A stretch of DNA of 32,000 nucleotides from Trichodesmium erythraeum IMS101 (GCF_000014265.1 NC_008312.1:3720001-3752000), one strand, 5' to 3'. Positions 11,301 to 19,792 are shown, counted from the first letter of the stretch. Program-made: numbers and translations. Notes: generated from the letters alone by a model not told the origin.

Positions 11301-11952
11301 AGAAACTGAACTGCGCTTAGAACAACAAAAATCTGACAGTTTATTATTGAATATTTTGCCTGCTCAGATAGCTGGAAAATTAAAACAAAATCAACGTGCG
11401 ATTGCAAAACGGTTTCAAAATGTGACTATTTTGTTTGCTGATATTGTGGATTTTACTAGCTTTTCGGCTCGGATATCTCCCACTGAACTAGTGCATAGGC
11501 TGAATCAAGTTTTCTCAGAGTTTGATAAATTAACTGAACAACACAATTTGGAAAAAATTAAAACAATTGGAGACTCTTATATGGTGGCTAGTGGTTTACC
11601 CAAAGCCAAAGAAGATCATGCCGAGGCGATCGCTAAAATGGCAATAGATATGCAAAAGGTAATTAAGAAATTTTTAAATGATCGCGGAGAACCTTTTCAA
11701 ATTCGCATTGGTATTAACACCGGGCCTGTAGTAGCAGGAGTAATTGGTATTAAAAAGTTTGTTTATGACTTGTGGGGTGATACAGTAAATGTAGCATCTC
11801 GGATGGAATCAAGTGGAACACCTGGTAAAATTCAAGTTACCGAAGCTACTTATCAACTTTTACAAGATAAGTTTTCATTAGAGTCACGAGGGTATATTCC
11901 GGTTAAAGGTAGAGGAGAAATGATGACTTATTGGCTTATAGATCAGGGATAA
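8329..11952 (+). CDS. Multi-PAS sensor class III adenylate/guanylate cyclase
   Basis: The ORF is open from TTG 8320; ATG 8329 is the likelier start. It has an N-terminal coiled coil, four 119-aa PAS-like repeats (VLAAVPGTVSWI...), two PAS/PAC modules (EEKYRTIFENA..EGIFQ) plus a third, less typical PAS-like module (LRVLFEAMTDIVTVFD) between them, and a C-terminal CYCc domain (VTILFADIVDFTS, KTIGDSYMVASGLP, IRIGINTGPVVAGVIG, DLWGDTVNVASRMES). Confidence 0.95.
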   Translation: MNDQNKTKEELIQELVKLRKTVSKLEEANSNSQLIGQKLNNVIEDRNAALKESNDQLIQEIVKRQQAVKALRVAKEKLLTVLAAVPGTVSWIKSDLQYIEVNQRLADMFDLPKEEFPGKHIGFLETSSEFNDFIKEFFESSQLETTREIGVVVDGKPRNYLVVAQKYHKNQAAFIVGIDITEKKQAEYKLRKAKEQLETVLAAVPGTVSWISSDLRYIEVNQQLANIFSMPREEFPGKYIGFLGISSEFNDFVEGFFASSDLETIGEVVSQIDGEDRNYLIIAQKYNQNKAAFVIGIDITERKQAEKNLLVSKEKLETVLEAVPGMVSWINSDLTYIEVNQKLADTFNLAPDEFVGKNIAFINKNYKFNSLIQDFFASPEQEITAEITSEYNNISQNYLIVARKYNHNQAAFVVGINITEHRQVELELGVAQEQFKTILEAVPGIVSWISSDLRYLGVNKHLAKTYNLPQEAFVGQNIGFLKSSEKFSTFMQQFFASSAQDAYEEISAWVNGTLRSYLIVCHKYAQGAAAFAVGIDISDRKHAEVALQEAEEKYRTIFENAIEGIFQASPEGHLISANPALARIYGYGSPEEVIADLVCLPHQLYSHYKYQEQFIQKLKEHGRLVNYESQIYRPDGSLIWISENTKAVYDQDGKLIRYDGTVEDITERKQAQEALQIANQQLEAKVEERTQALVESNRLLMIEISDRRRAEIALRESEAELRVLFEAMTDIVTVFDSQGRYVKIFSTNSKVLYTPTNELIGKSVDEVLPPQQASLFMINIQRVLNTQETVNVEYSLFLSDHQQDNDIHSLSCEMSNYQSYQSHPDHYSSISQPNKAWFTANVSPLPDNCVIWVAHNITERKQVLDALRTAEEKYRTIFENAAEGIFQTTVDGRFISANPALVKMCGFSSETELKERVTDIAKQLYVDLKRRSEFVAQVEKYGSISNFESKIYRCDHSVMWISENVRVVRNSEGEVLYYEGTVQDITKRKYIETELRLEQQKSDSLLLNILPAQIAGKLKQNQRAIAKRFQNVTILFADIVDFTSFSARISPTELVHRLNQVFSEFDKLTEQHNLEKIKTIGDSYMVASGLPKAKEDHAEAIAKMAIDMQKVIKKFLNDRGEPFQIRIGINTGPVVAGVIGIKKFVYDLWGDTVNVASRMESSGTPGKIQVTEATYQLLQDKFSLESRGYIPVKGRGEMMTYWLIDQG
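8551..9978 (+). repeat. Four tandem 357-bp coding repeats inside the cyclase gene
   Basis: Repeat units start at 8551, 8908, 9265 and 9622, an exact 357-nt period. Units 1 and 2 look roughly 80% identical at DNA level by eye. Confidence 0.85.
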
Positions 11953-12457
11953 TTCTAATTACAGGAAAAAAATTTCCAACCCTTATTATACTTATCCCAC
12001 ACTTTACTGATCCACTACCTAAAAGTTTTTATAAGGTTAAACACTAATTATTAACCCACATTCTGGACTTCAAGCATACTACCAGTATACTATTAAGGAA
12101 GAAGGAGGATTAGAGCTTCTATTATTTCTAATAACTATCAATACTTTTTGTAATATTTTTTTTCACTAACAAACCTCATGGTTATTATCAGGTCAAGCTT
12201 TCAATGGCATTTCTTATATGCTACATTTTGACGTGCGGAATGTAAATTATAGGAATTGGCTTACAATATTTTTAGTTTTTTGATATAATTTATAATTTAA
12301 GCAGAACTTACGTATTGCTTCTATATGTGGTATGTTTTTGATAGTTGTTTCCGATATTTATACTAAAATTAGTGTCTTTGGGTAAGCTCTGTTAGAGTTA
12401 TAATTGTCAAAAGTTTTCTTTTCTTAAGGCTAGGAATTAATAAACTAACAAAACTAA

Positions 12458-13939
12458 ATGATTACAGGTGAACTAAAATCAAAAGTAGATAAGTTATGGT
12501 CGACGTTCTGGAGCAATGGTATTAGTAACCCATTGTCAGTTATTGAACAAATATCTTACCTATTATTTATTAAACAACTTGATCAGCAGGAAGCAGTTAA
12601 GGAGAAAAAAGCGCGACGGCTAAAAAAGGTAAAAGAAAAACTAATATTTTCAGAAGCATCACAAAGCTGTCGATGGTCTCACTTCAAGGAATTAGCAACA
12701 GATAAGATGTTTGAGGCTGTAAGGGATGAGGCTTTTCCTTTTATCAAAACTTTGGGGGGAACTTTAGAAAATAATGCCTACTCTCGACACATGAAGGATG
12801 CTGTATTTATGATAGGCAGCCCGGCATTATTGGCAAATGTGGTGCAACAAATAGATAGTTTACCCCTCGATGACCGAGATACTAAGGGGGACCTCTATGA
12901 ATATATGCTTTCTAAGCTGAATACTGCGGGGCAAAATGGACAGTTTAGGACACCGCGCCACATTATTAAGATGATAGTGGACTTGATGACACCCCAACCT
13001 AATGATGTCGTTTGTGACCCTGCTTTTGGTACGGCTGGGTTTTTGGTCGCCGTAGCAGAACATTTACAACAACTCAAGGATGAGAATGGTTCCTTAGTTT
13101 TGAATGCACCAGGAAACAAAGAGCATTTTTATCAGCATATGTTTCACGGTTTTGACTTTGATGCCACAATGTTGCGTATTGGTAGTATGAATTTAATGCA
13201 GCATGGTATTGAAAATGCTCAAATTGAAGCGAGGGATGCTTTATCGGAAGACCACGCGGGGGTTGAGGAAATGTTTACTTTGGTTTTGGCTAACCCACCG
13301 TTTAAGGGGTCGATACAAAAGTCAAGTATTGCTAAAGATTTAACTAAAATTGTTAATACTACTAAAACAGAGTTGTTATTTTTGGCTTTATTTTTAAGGT
13401 TATTAAAAACGGGGGGTCGGGCGGCGGTTATTGTGCCTGATGGGGTTTTATTTGGTTCTTCTAAAGCCCATAAAGATGTTCGTAAGATGTTAGTTGAAGA
13501 GCATAAGTTAGATGGAGTTATTTCTATGCCATCGGGGGTTTTTAAACCTTATGCGGGGGTATCAACAGCGATTTTAATGTTTACAAAAACGGGGGCGGGT
13601 GGTACTGATTTTGTTTGGTTTTGTGATATGCAGGCGGATGGTTTTTCGTTGGATGATAAACGGCAACCTGTAGAAGAAAATGACATTTCTAATATTACTA
13701 AAAGTTGGCAAAAACGGAATCCTAAAAAAGATAAGGACCGGAATAGTAAGACGTTTTTTATACCGAAGGATGAGATAAAAGATAATGGTTATGATCTTTC
13801 TATTAATAGATATAAAGAGGTGGCATACGAGGAGATAGAATATGAGCATCCTTTAGTAATTTTAGGTAAGTTACGAGAATTAGAGGATGAAATTAATCAA
13901 GATTTGGATGAGTTGGGGCAGTTATTAAATGGAGATTAA
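12458..13939 (+). CDS. hsdM: Type I restriction-modification system, N6-adenine DNA methyltransferase subunit M
   Basis: 493 aa with an HsdM_N-like start (LWSTFWSNGISNPLSVIEQISYLLFIK), motif I VCDPAFGTAGFL and motif IV LANPPFKG. Confidence 0.95.
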   Translation: MITGELKSKVDKLWSTFWSNGISNPLSVIEQISYLLFIKQLDQQEAVKEKKARRLKKVKEKLIFSEASQSCRWSHFKELATDKMFEAVRDEAFPFIKTLGGTLENNAYSRHMKDAVFMIGSPALLANVVQQIDSLPLDDRDTKGDLYEYMLSKLNTAGQNGQFRTPRHIIKMIVDLMTPQPNDVVCDPAFGTAGFLVAVAEHLQQLKDENGSLVLNAPGNKEHFYQHMFHGFDFDATMLRIGSMNLMQHGIENAQIEARDALSEDHAGVEEMFTLVLANPPFKGSIQKSSIAKDLTKIVNTTKTELLFLALFLRLLKTGGRAAVIVPDGVLFGSSKAHKDVRKMLVEEHKLDGVISMPSGVFKPYAGVSTAILMFTKTGAGGTDFVWFCDMQADGFSLDDKRQPVEENDISNITKSWQKRNPKKDKDRNSKTFFIPKDEIKDNGYDLSINRYKEVAYEEIEYEHPLVILGKLRELEDEINQDLDELGQLLNGD

Positions 13940-14432
13940 TCTGCAAAAGGAGGAGTTTAGTTATGCTTATATTTGAGGGGTTGCTACTGTGGCGGGTTGT
14001 GTTTTTCAAGGAACTACTCCCCCTTTAGATGGGTTGGGAATTGATTTAATTTTAACTTGATTAAAATCACGACTACCAGAAAATTTTCCGATTCTTTATG
14101 TGCTGGTAAAATGTAATTCTAGGGGGGTTATTAATGATGATATTGTCCCCTTTCCTTTGTCTGTGAAAAACTATAATGATTTGAGGGTAATTAATCGTTA
14201 TCCGCGGATAATTTTTATTGTTGTGGTTGTGCCGGAAAAGGTGGAGGAATGGCTACTAAAATCTGAATCATCTCTTTGTTTTCTAGGTTGTGGTTATTGG
14301 TTATCTTTGGCGGGTGCTGATGTGACGAAAAATCAGGATAATATTACTGTTTCAATTCGGAGAAAAAATATGTTTAATCCTCAAGTTTTAGAGGGAATTA
14401 TGGAGAAGGTTTGGCAAGGGGATATGTTATGA
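13929..14432 (+). pseudogene. DUF4365-like (PD-(D/E)XK fold) gene with two in-frame TGA codons
   Basis: ATG 13929 overlaps the hsdM stop by 11 nt. The single frame runs to TGA 14430-14432, with internal TGA at 13974-13976 and 14058-14060 and no frameshift. Conceptual product: MEINLQKEEFSYAYI*GVATVAGCVFQGTTPPLDGLGIDLILT*LKSRLPENFPILYVLVKCNS...IIFIVVVVPEKVEEWLL...GYWLSLAG. Confidence 0.55.
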
Positions 14433-14965
14433 ATTTTATTGTTAAAGATATTAATTTATTTAATAATATTCAGCGGGAAGTTGTGGCTAATTATTTGGAA
14501 TAAGGAGGTTGGAAGCAGCAAAGACTGATTGAAAATGAGGGGATAATTTGGGGTAAGAATGGGGTAGATTTTTCTAATATGACTTTGGTTTTACTATTGA
14601 ATCAAGAGGTTGCAGATTTTCTTTTAAGTATTAATTTATTGGTGGAAAATTTGGCTAATTTTGAGGGGATAACTGAGTTGGAAATTTTGCTAAAGTTAAT
14701 GACTAATTTGCCTAATGTGGAGATACAGGGGTTAATTGTGGGGATAAGGTCACCAGAAGGTGATATACTTAGTGGAGATGTTGATTTTATGGGGGTGGTT
14801 ATGAATAAGTTGGAGAGGATAAAAATGGTATTATTTGATAGGGATTATGTTGTGGGAATTAGGGCTGATCAGGAGCGTTTGCCTGTGTTATTTGGGGGGG
14901 ATTTGGTGAAGGGACATAATGGTTTTGTTTTGAAAAATGTTTGTAATTTTGAGGTGGATAAGTAG
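14429..14965 (+). pseudogene. Unknown-family gene with one in-frame TAA, start overlapping the upstream stop (ATGA)
   Basis: ATG 14429-14431 overlaps TGA 14430-14432. A 179-codon frame runs to TAG 14963-14965 with an internal TAA at 14501-14503. Product: MNFIVKDINLFNNIQREVVANYLE*GGWKQQRLIENEGIIWGKNG... continuing into track ORF 14579-14965. Confidence 0.5.
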
Positions 14966-15022
14966 GATGGGGAAGGAGTTAGGAATTGAGTTTTTTTTTG
15001 TTGAGTTGAAGGGATTAATTGG

Positions 15023-16231
15023 ATGAAATGGCAGCGTGTTTTTGTTGAAGATGTAGCTAAAATTGTAACTAAGGGAACTACTCCTACTTCTATAGGTTTT
15101 AGCTTTTCTAAAGAAGGTATCCCTTTTCTACGAGTCAATAATATCCAAGATGGTAAAATCAATCTTGGTGATGTTTTATTTATTGACTCAAAAACGGATC
15201 AAGCTCTTGCGCGTTCTCGAATTTTAAAAAAAGATGTAATAATTTCAATTGCTGGTACAATTGGAAAAACCGCAGTTATTCCTACTAATGCTCCAGCAAT
15301 GAACTGCAACCAGGCACTTGCAATAATAAGGCTTCACAATAATGTAGACCCCTACTATTTTAACCATTGGCTGAATACAGGAGATGCGTTTCGACAAATT
15401 ACAGGTTCAAAAGTGACAGCAACTATTTCTAACCTAAGTCTTGGTTGTATCAAAAAGCTCAAAATCCCCCTCCCCCCAATAGAAGAACAGCGCCGAATAG
15501 CTGCAATACTCGACCAAGCTGATGCTATCAGACGAAAGAGACAACAAGCGATCGCTCTAACAGATGAATTATTGCGTTCTACATTCCTGGAGATGTTCGG
15601 CGACCCTGTTATTAATCCGAAGGGGTGGGAGGTAAAAAAATTAGAGGAAGTTGCATTAAAACGCAAGGGGGCTATAAAATGCGGACCTTTTGGTAGCCAA
15701 CTACTTATAAGCGAGTTTGTCAAAGATGGTATTCCAGTATACGGAATAGACAATGTTCAAAAAAATGAGTTTGTTTGGGCCAAACCCAAGTATATTACTA
15801 CTGAAAAGTACGAGCAATTAAAAAGCTTTTCTATCCAGGATGAGGACGTTCTGATTTCAAGAACTGGAACAGTTGGAAGAACTTGTGTCGCACCACCTGA
15901 TATCCCTAGAAGTATCCTTGGACCTAACTTGCTGAAAGTTTCCTTAAATACTAACAAAATGCTTCCTAAATATTTGTCCTATGCTTTAAATCACTCTAAT
16001 CCCCTGATTGAAGAGATAAAAAGAATGTCACCAGGTGCTACAGTTGCAGTTTTTAACACAACAAACCTTAAAGCTTTGAGGTTAACAATTCCCCATATAA
16101 ACCTGCAATCCCAGTTTGTCAACTTTACTGAAAATGTTGAATTGACAAAGCAAAAAGAGTCTAACTACCTCACAGAATCCAACAACCTATTTAACTCCCT
16201 GTTACAACGCGCATTCAAAGGCCAACTATAA
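15023..16231 (+). CDS. hsdS: Type I restriction-modification system specificity subunit S
   Basis: 402 aa with two target-recognition halves separated by the central conserved helix PLPPIEEQRRIAAILDQADAIRRKRQQAIALTDELLRSTFLEMFGDP, and a C-terminal conserved helix ending LLQRAFKGQL. Confidence 0.93.
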   Translation: MKWQRVFVEDVAKIVTKGTTPTSIGFSFSKEGIPFLRVNNIQDGKINLGDVLFIDSKTDQALARSRILKKDVIISIAGTIGKTAVIPTNAPAMNCNQALAIIRLHNNVDPYYFNHWLNTGDAFRQITGSKVTATISNLSLGCIKKLKIPLPPIEEQRRIAAILDQADAIRRKRQQAIALTDELLRSTFLEMFGDPVINPKGWEVKKLEEVALKRKGAIKCGPFGSQLLISEFVKDGIPVYGIDNVQKNEFVWAKPKYITTEKYEQLKSFSIQDEDVLISRTGTVGRTCVAPPDIPRSILGPNLLKVSLNTNKMLPKYLSYALNHSNPLIEEIKRMSPGATVAVFNTTNLKALRLTIPHINLQSQFVNFTENVELTKQKESNYLTESNNLFNSLLQRAFKGQL

Positions 16232-16247
16232 TAAAAGGAAAAAACCC

Positions 16248-19200
16248 ATGACCTCAAACTTTGACTTTCTCAAACCCCACTACCCCAAACTACACCAAAC
16301 CGCCACCCAGGCAGAAACATTAATCAACAACGCCCCCCGGGCCAGTTGCTTCTACACCCGCTACACCTTAGAACAAGCGGTTATCTGGCTCTACGAAAAT
16401 AATCCTTACCTAGAGCTCCCCAAGACCTACAACTTAGGGGCATTAATTCACGAGCAAACCTTTAAAGACAACCTCCAAAACAACCTTTTCCCCAAACTCC
16501 GCATCATTCACAAAATAGGCAACGCAGCAGCCCACGACCCCAAACCCATCACCTCCAAAGATGCTCGTTACCTCATCCAAGAACTCTATCACTTCCTCTA
16601 CTGGCTCACCCGCTACTACAGCCCCGACGGCAAAAACCTCCCTAACCTCAAATTCAACCCCGACCTCATTCCCACAAGCACAACTAAGTCAGACCTCACC
16701 CTCGATAAACTCCAACAACTCGAAACCCAACTTTCTACCGCCCAAGAAATGCAACGCATCGCCGAACAAAAAGAAAAACAAACCACCGCAGAACTAGAAA
16801 CAGCAAAAGCCGAACTCGCCCAACTCAAACAACAAAACCAGACCAAAAGCGATCGCCACGACTACAACGAAGCCGATACCCGCACCTACTTACTTGATAT
16901 TTTACTCAAAGAAGCTGGTTGGCCGATACATCTGCCAGAGTCTACAGAATACCAAGTCACAGGAATGCCTAACGAAACAGGAAAAGGTAAAATTGACTAT
17001 GTATTTTGGGGAGATGACGGCAACCCTTTAGCAATAGTAGAAGCAAAACGCACTCGCAAGAGTCCCCAAACAGGACAACATCAAGCCAAACTATACGCCG
17101 ACTGTCTGCAAGCAGAATTTAACCACCGCCCCGTCATTTTCTACAGCAACGGTTATGAGCATTGGATATGGGATGATTTTAACTATCCACCCCGCCCCAT
17201 TCAAGGCTTTCTCAAAAAAGACGAACTAGAGCGTTTAATATTCCGCCGGAGTCATCGTCAACCCCTCCATACCCTGGATGTCAACCCCGACATCGCCGGA
17301 CGTTGTTATCAAAAAGAAGCTATCTGTTGCATCAAAGAAATATTTGACAACAAACAGCGTAAAGCATTATTAGTCATGGCAACAGGAACAGGTAAAACTC
17401 GGACAGCCGTCAGTATTGTAGAATTATTGGAACGAGCCAACTGGGTGAAACGAGTCTTATTTTTAGCGGACCGCAACGTCCTCTTAACTCAAGCCCAAGG
17501 TGTCTTTAACAGTAACCTTAACAGTATTACCACTGCAAACCTAACCGAAAAAAAACAAGACGCAGAAAACGCCACCATTGTCTTTTCCACCTACCCCACC
17601 ATCAGCAACCGCATCAACGCAACTGATGGAGATAAACGCTTATTCAGTCCTGGATATTTTGATTTAGTTATAGTAGATGAAGCACACCGTTCCATCTATC
17701 GCAAATATCGGCAAATATTTCAATATTTCGATGCTCTACTTTTAGGTTTAACAGCTACACCCCGCAATGAAGTAGACCGGGACACTTACAGTATTTTTGA
17801 CTTAGAGCCTGGGGTTCCCACCTTTGCTTATGAATTAGACAGCGCCATCAAAGACGGTTATCTCGTTCCTCCCAGTGGTGTCGAAGTTCCCTTTAAGTTT
17901 ATGCGGGCAGGTATTAGATATTCAGAACTGCAACCAGAGGAAAAGACAGCCTATGAGGAACGGTTTGCTGATGCAGAAACTGGGGAAGTGCCGGACAAAA
18001 TTAATGCTACAGCTCTTAATACTTGGTTATTTAATATTAGTACCGTAGACCAAGCGCTACAGTTATTAATGGAGCGGGGGCTAAAAGTAGAAGGAGGCGA
18101 TCGCCTCGGTAAAACCATCATTTTTGCTCGCAACCACAAACATGCTGAGTTTATTTCTGAACGGTTTAATGCTAATTATCCCCACTACAAAGGTCAGTTT
18201 GCTCAAATTATTGATAGCCAAAGTTCCTACTCTCAAAGTTTGCTGGATGACTTTTCAAATGCAGACAAACAGCCAATTATTGCGGTGTCTGTAGATATGT
18301 TAGATACAGGGGTAGACGTGCGGGAAGTAGTTAACTTAGTATTTTTCAAACCAGTCTATTCTCGGATAAAATTCAATCAAATGATTGGACGCGGTACTCG
18401 TTTATGCCCTAACTTATTTGCTCCGGGTGATGATAAAACAGAATTTTTAGTATTCGACCTGTGCAGTAACTTCAGTTATTTTGAGCAACAGATAGACGAA
18501 AAAAATGTAAAAATTCCTGACAGTCTCACAACAAAATTAGTCAAATCACGCCTTGAACTGAGTCAATTAGTACCCACTGGCGAGTTAAAAAATAACCTCT
18601 TAGATGAGTTGCATCAATATATTAACTCAATGCCCAAAGATAACTTTTTAGTGCGCCCCCATTTGCAGCAAGTAGAAGAGTTTTCCCAGAGAGAGCGATG
18701 GAATGAGTTAGGAGAAAGCGATCAAGAAATAATAGGGGAGTCATTAGCAAGTTTACCCAATGGTTTACCAAAAGAGAGCCATTTAAATAAACGGTTTGAC
18801 CTAATATGTGTCAAATTACAGCTAGCATTGTTAAAACAGTCAACAGACTTTATCAGACTCCGGGATAATATTCGAGATATTTGCTCTCAACTCGCCCAAA
18901 AGTCTAACATTCCCATGATAGCAGCAAAACTACAAGTTATTGAAGAAGTACAAGCAGAGGAATGGTGGCGAGATATTACAGTAGAAATGGTTTCAATTTT
19001 ACAGCAAGACTTACGAGAATTAGTAAAATTTATAGATAGCCAAGAACAAAAAATTATGTATGTAAACTTTGCCGATGAAATGGGAGAAGTGCAAAATGTC
19101 AACGTTCCCACCCAAACATCAGGGTTTAGTCCTCTCCAGTATAAGAAAAAAGTAGAGGCATATATTCGGAGTAATGAGAACAATGTTGCTGTTGCTAAAT

Positions 19201-19607
19201 TAAAACGTAATATCCCCTTAACCGACGCTGACTTAACAGCATTAGAAGAAATGTTATTTAATAGTGAAGTTATAGAAGATAGGGAAATATTTGCCGAAGT
19301 TTACGGTCAAAATATTAGTTTAAAACTATTTATTAGAAAGTTAGTCGGATTAGATAGAAATGCAGCCAAAGAATTATTTAGTAAATATTTAAACAGCAAA
19401 TTTAACACCAGTCAAATTAGATTTGTTGAGAATATTATCGACTATTTAACTCAAAATGGAGTGATGTCCCCAGAATTATTATATGAGCCACCTTTTACAG
19501 ATTTACACACGGAAGGATTAGATGGTATCTTTGCAGATAAAGAGGCAGATAACATTATTGAGATATTGACAGAGATTAATGAAAGTGTTGATTATGACGT
19601 AGCTTAG
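16248..19607 (+). CDS. hsdR: Type I restriction endonuclease subunit R with N-terminal DUF4145-like domain
   Basis: 1119 aa. AAGGA lies about 10 nt upstream of ATG 16248. Domains in order: DUF4145-like LRIIHKIGNAAAHD, a coiled coil (aa ~150-200), a PD-(D/E)XK nuclease KIDYVFWGDDGNPLAIVEAKRT, and helicase motifs MATGTGKTRTA, VIVDEAHRS, LGLTATPRNE and MIGRGTR. Confidence 0.95.
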   Translation: MTSNFDFLKPHYPKLHQTATQAETLINNAPRASCFYTRYTLEQAVIWLYENNPYLELPKTYNLGALIHEQTFKDNLQNNLFPKLRIIHKIGNAAAHDPKPITSKDARYLIQELYHFLYWLTRYYSPDGKNLPNLKFNPDLIPTSTTKSDLTLDKLQQLETQLSTAQEMQRIAEQKEKQTTAELETAKAELAQLKQQNQTKSDRHDYNEADTRTYLLDILLKEAGWPIHLPESTEYQVTGMPNETGKGKIDYVFWGDDGNPLAIVEAKRTRKSPQTGQHQAKLYADCLQAEFNHRPVIFYSNGYEHWIWDDFNYPPRPIQGFLKKDELERLIFRRSHRQPLHTLDVNPDIAGRCYQKEAICCIKEIFDNKQRKALLVMATGTGKTRTAVSIVELLERANWVKRVLFLADRNVLLTQAQGVFNSNLNSITTANLTEKKQDAENATIVFSTYPTISNRINATDGDKRLFSPGYFDLVIVDEAHRSIYRKYRQIFQYFDALLLGLTATPRNEVDRDTYSIFDLEPGVPTFAYELDSAIKDGYLVPPSGVEVPFKFMRAGIRYSELQPEEKTAYEERFADAETGEVPDKINATALNTWLFNISTVDQALQLLMERGLKVEGGDRLGKTIIFARNHKHAEFISERFNANYPHYKGQFAQIIDSQSSYSQSLLDDFSNADKQPIIAVSVDMLDTGVDVREVVNLVFFKPVYSRIKFNQMIGRGTRLCPNLFAPGDDKTEFLVFDLCSNFSYFEQQIDEKNVKIPDSLTTKLVKSRLELSQLVPTGELKNNLLDELHQYINSMPKDNFLVRPHLQQVEEFSQRERWNELGESDQEIIGESLASLPNGLPKESHLNKRFDLICVKLQLALLKQSTDFIRLRDNIRDICSQLAQKSNIPMIAAKLQVIEEVQAEEWWRDITVEMVSILQQDLRELVKFIDSQEQKIMYVNFADEMGEVQNVNVPTQTSGFSPLQYKKKVEAYIRSNENNVAVAKLKRNIPLTDADLTALEEMLFNSEVIEDREIFAEVYGQNISLKLFIRKLVGLDRNAAKELFSKYLNSKFNTSQIRFVENIIDYLTQNGVMSPELLYEPPFTDLHTEGLDGIFADKEADNIIEILTEINESVDYDVA

Positions 19608-19792
19608 AAACCATATTTTGTGAGTCTTAGGGATTAAAATAATAGGGGTAAATAAGCATCCCTATGTTTACCCCAACTAACAGCAAAACCTTTAATAAAA
19701 ACTAGTTTTACAGTCGTGAAAAATCTTTTAGTTACTGTTTAGCTGATTGACTCTAATGTTTTTTTCTCTTAGAACTTTGTACTGTCCAATAA

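Noticed and set aside
12300-12320. CAGAACTTACGTATTGC, resembling CAGGACTTACGCACC at 6139-6153, as a regulatory motif
   Set aside because: The match is short and imperfect (ACTTACG core only) and is plausibly part of a common dispersed cyanobacterial repeat. There is no positional logic relative to genes.
13974-14503. Stop-codon reassignment or programmed recoding as the explanation for in-frame TGA/TAA
   Set aside because: TGA, TAA and TAG all terminate well-supported genes at the expected positions in this window (for example cdaA with TGA, hsdM with TAA, hsdR with TAG). No SECIS-like context was evident. Pseudogenisation is the simpler explanation, although read-through cannot be excluded.
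15355-15753. Antisense or overlapping track ORFs inside large genes (also 10398-10613, 12860-13119, 13574-13849, 15757-15957, 16561-16846, 17951-18139, 18887-19183, 20572-20883, 22272-22550, 22775-22972, 27630-27815, 327-509)
   Set aside because: They are shadow ORFs nested in strongly supported genes, with low-complexity or implausible translations. The 16561-16846 pair is a by-product of the C-rich, stop-poor composition of hsdR.
19704-19718. 15-nt exact match AGTTTTACAGTCGTG shared with 31098-31112
   Set aside because: Roughly one such match is expected by chance in a window of this size and base composition, and the flanks do not extend the similarity.
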